Shown piece after piece: positions 62,037 through 64,000 of a DNA stretch of 64,000 nucleotides. Below the pieces are notes generated by a model. That model was not told the DNA's origin, did not search any database, and worked only from the letters and a program-made list of their open reading frames with translations. Both the position numbers and the translations under genes were made by a program. Every line of letters starts with the position of its first letter. Position 1 is the stretch's first letter. Source of the DNA: Candidatus Binatia bacterium (GTDB lineage Bacteria > Desulfobacterota > Binatia > Bin18); assembly GCA_963664395.2 (NCBI GenBank), contig OY761159.2:160001-224000 (forward strand). The letters run 5' to 3'.

Positions 62037-62453
62037 TTATCTTGCTTCTCTACTCTCGAATGGATTCAATATGTCCACACCAAGTTGGGCAAAATCGTTG
62101 ACGTTACGAGTCACGACGATCAGTCTGTGAACCACGGCTGTCGCTGCGATCATGGCATCCTCCATCAAGGCGTCCGATCGGCGGTGCTTGAGTCGAGCCC
62201 ATACTCGAAAGGCAGCCGCGTCCATCGGTAAGATGTTGTAGGAAGCGAGCACCCGGCTAAGCCAAGCTTCCAATTCTTCCGCCTTGGTAGAATCCTGCTC
62301 GCGGGTGATCTCAATACCTGCCTGGATCTCTCCTATGGTCACCACGGAGAGGAAAAGCTGGTCGGCGTCTACCCCCGAGAACCAATTCAGAACACTCTGA
62401 TGCGGCTTGGGACGGCGCAGTTCCGAAACGACATTCGTGTCAAGAAGATACAC
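62037..62453 (-). CDS. vapC: VapC/PIN-domain toxin
   Basis: YLLDTNVVSE, GEI..G and DAMIAATA..VTRN..DF motifs. Confidence 0.92.
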   Translation of the reverse strand: MYLLDTNVVSELRRPKPHQSVLNWFSGVDADQLFLSVVTIGEIQAGIEITREQDSTKAEELEAWLSRVLASYNILPMDAAAFRVWARLKHRRSDALMEDAMIAATAVVHRLIVVTRNVNDFAQLGVDILNPFESREAR

Positions 62454-62457
62454 CGGC

Positions 62458-62718
62458 TTACTCGAAGCTCGACAACCTACGGTGACGGCGTTTCTCTCGC
62501 GGCGGTGTCAGGGCATCGGTCCGTGCCTCGGGTGCGAGGAGCAATTCTTTGAGATCGGGCCTGGTCATCTGCTCTAACCGCCGCCACTGATCAATTGGGA
62601 CCAGAACCGCCGCCGCTACCCCCCGTTTGGTCACGATTTGCGGCCCTTCGGCAAGGCTCGTTTCAAGGAATTCGCTGAACCGCGCCCTCGCGTCCTGTAC
62701 CTGCCATGTTTTGCTCAT
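62458..62718 (-). CDS. Phd/YefM-family antitoxin
   Basis: WQVQDARARFSEF..GPQIVTKRG; immediately upstream of vapC. Confidence 0.9.
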   Translation of the reverse strand: MSKTWQVQDARARFSEFLETSLAEGPQIVTKRGVAAAVLVPIDQWRRLEQMTRPDLKELLLAPEARTDALTPPREKRRHRRLSSFE

Positions 62719-62909
62719 ACATACTCCAAGCGTTTATGGCCTGTTCTGCCTAGACTTATAACCAGTCCGTATTCTAAAGTCACGAGAGACAAAGAAAACA
62801 GACGGAAGCAGAATATCAGGATTCTGGAAATCGCCGGGATAGCCATAACCCGGCGATTTGCTACGCTATCGTCTAACCCGAGACCACACAGGAGACCGGA
62901 CAGACAATT

Positions 62910-64000
62910 ATGGCGCACTTACGACAACTGCGGCTGGGCGCGTTTATGCGGCCGGTCAGCATTCATACCGCGGCCTGGCGCTATCCGGGGGCATTTCCGG
63001 ATGCCAACTTTAATTTTGCGCACTACCAGCGTTTTGTGCAGACCCTGGAGCGTGGCCGCTTTGACGCCTTTTTCATGGCCGATCACCTGGCTGTGCTCAA
63101 TATGCCGATGGCGGCGCTCAAACGGAGCGCGACGGTCACCTCCTTCGATCCGCTCACCCTCCTCCCGGCGCTTGCCACGGTCACCACGCATCTGGGCCTG
63201 ATCGCCACAGCCTCCACCACCTATAACGATCCGTACCATGTGGCGCGCAAGTTTGCCTCGCTCGACCATATCAGCGGAGGGCGAGCCGGCTGGAACGTCG
63301 TGACCTCGTCCAACCCGGACGAGGCCTTAAATTTCGGACGCAAGGAACATATGGAACATGACGCGCGCTATCGTCTGGCGCGCGAGTTCTACGATGTGGT
63401 CACCGGCCTGTGGGACAGTTGGGCGGATGATGCCTTTATCCGCGATGTCGAGGCCGGCATTTATTTCGACCCTGAGAAGCTGCACGTGCTCGACCATAAA
63501 GGCCCGCATCTGTCCGTGCGCGGCCCGCTGAATATCGCCCGGCCCGTCCAGGGCTGGCCGGTCATTGTCCAGGCCGGCGCGTCAGAAGCTGGTCGTCAGC
63601 TTGCAGCCGAGACCGCCGAGGTCGTGTTTTCCGGGGTCAATAATCTGAAGGACGCCCAGTCCTACTATGCCGATGTCAAAGGTCGGATGGAGGCCTGCGG
63701 GCGCTGTCGGGATCATCTCAAAATCCTGCCGGGTGCCTTTGTTGTGGTTGGCGACTCCCTGGCCGAAGCACGGGCAAAGAAAGCGAAACTCGACAGTCTG
63801 GTCCACCCGGACAGCGGCATGGCCTCACTCTGCATCATGCTGGGCCATGACGTGTCGGGCTATGACCTGGACGGTCCGCTGCCAGACATCCCGGAAAGCA
63901 ATGCCAGCCAATCCGGACGGCAGAAACTGGTTGAAATGGCGCAGAGAGACAGTATGACGATCAGACAGCTTGCCCAGTATGTGGGCGGCAGTTTCAGCAC
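62910..64000 (+). CDS. NtaA/DmoA-family flavin-dependent monooxygenase (partial, runs off the window)
   Basis: Not in the ORF track; ATG at 62910 after AGGAG reads MAHLRQLRLGAFMRPVSIHTAAWRYP..FDAFFMADH..ARKFASLDHISGGRAGWNVVTS..QAGAS. Confidence 0.9.
   Translation, partial: MAHLRQLRLGAFMRPVSIHTAAWRYPGAFPDANFNFAHYQRFVQTLERGRFDAFFMADHLAVLNMPMAALKRSATVTSFDPLTLLPALATVTTHLGLIATASTTYNDPYHVARKFASLDHISGGRAGWNVVTSSNPDEALNFGRKEHMEHDARYRLAREFYDVVTGLWDSWADDAFIRDVEAGIYFDPEKLHVLDHKGPHLSVRGPLNIARPVQGWPVIVQAGASEAGRQLAAETAEVVFSGVNNLKDAQSYYADVKGRMEACGRCRDHLKILPGAFVVVGDSLAEARAKKAKLDSLVHPDSGMASLCIMLGHDVSGYDLDGPLPDIPESNASQSGRQKLVEMAQRDSMTIRQLAQYVGGSFS

Noticed and set aside
62638-63957. Short ORFs listed at the window end
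   Set aside because: Explained by the NtaA-family CDS starting at 62910, which the track misses because it has no stop inside the window

Overview
A 64 kb chromosomal window from a GC-rich, deltaproteobacteria-like bacterium. Gene content suggests Binatia/Desulfobacterota, but that is an inference. Core genes present: folE, rnpB, tRNA-Ile2(CAT), dnaG, rpsU, larB-thiL-dnaJ-dnaK-grpE, recO, ppdK, aroE, pilC plus a pilin, hslO, ribBX, hpnD, dxr and amtB. They alternate with accessory catabolic genes: four luciferase-like monooxygenases, three class III CoA-transferases, a Cys-less thiolase with a DUF35 partner, MaoC and GFA proteins. Main points of interest: (1) an AMIN-domain-TolC fusion next to a paralogous stand-alone AMIN protein; (2) a defence-like islet of a PD-(D/E)xK nuclease-adenine methyltransferase fusion, FRG, TPR and VapBC; (3) a decaying 19.5-23.6 kb block bounded by an 88-bp diverged copy of part of aarF; (4) a pilin keeping all six Geobacter PilA aromatic positions; (5) several normally conserved operons lacking their internal genes (rpoD, glyQS, pilB/T/S/R, hrcA, glnK). 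No CRISPR array, rRNA, integrase or intact transposase was seen. Start codons were adjusted by eye and no database searches were run.
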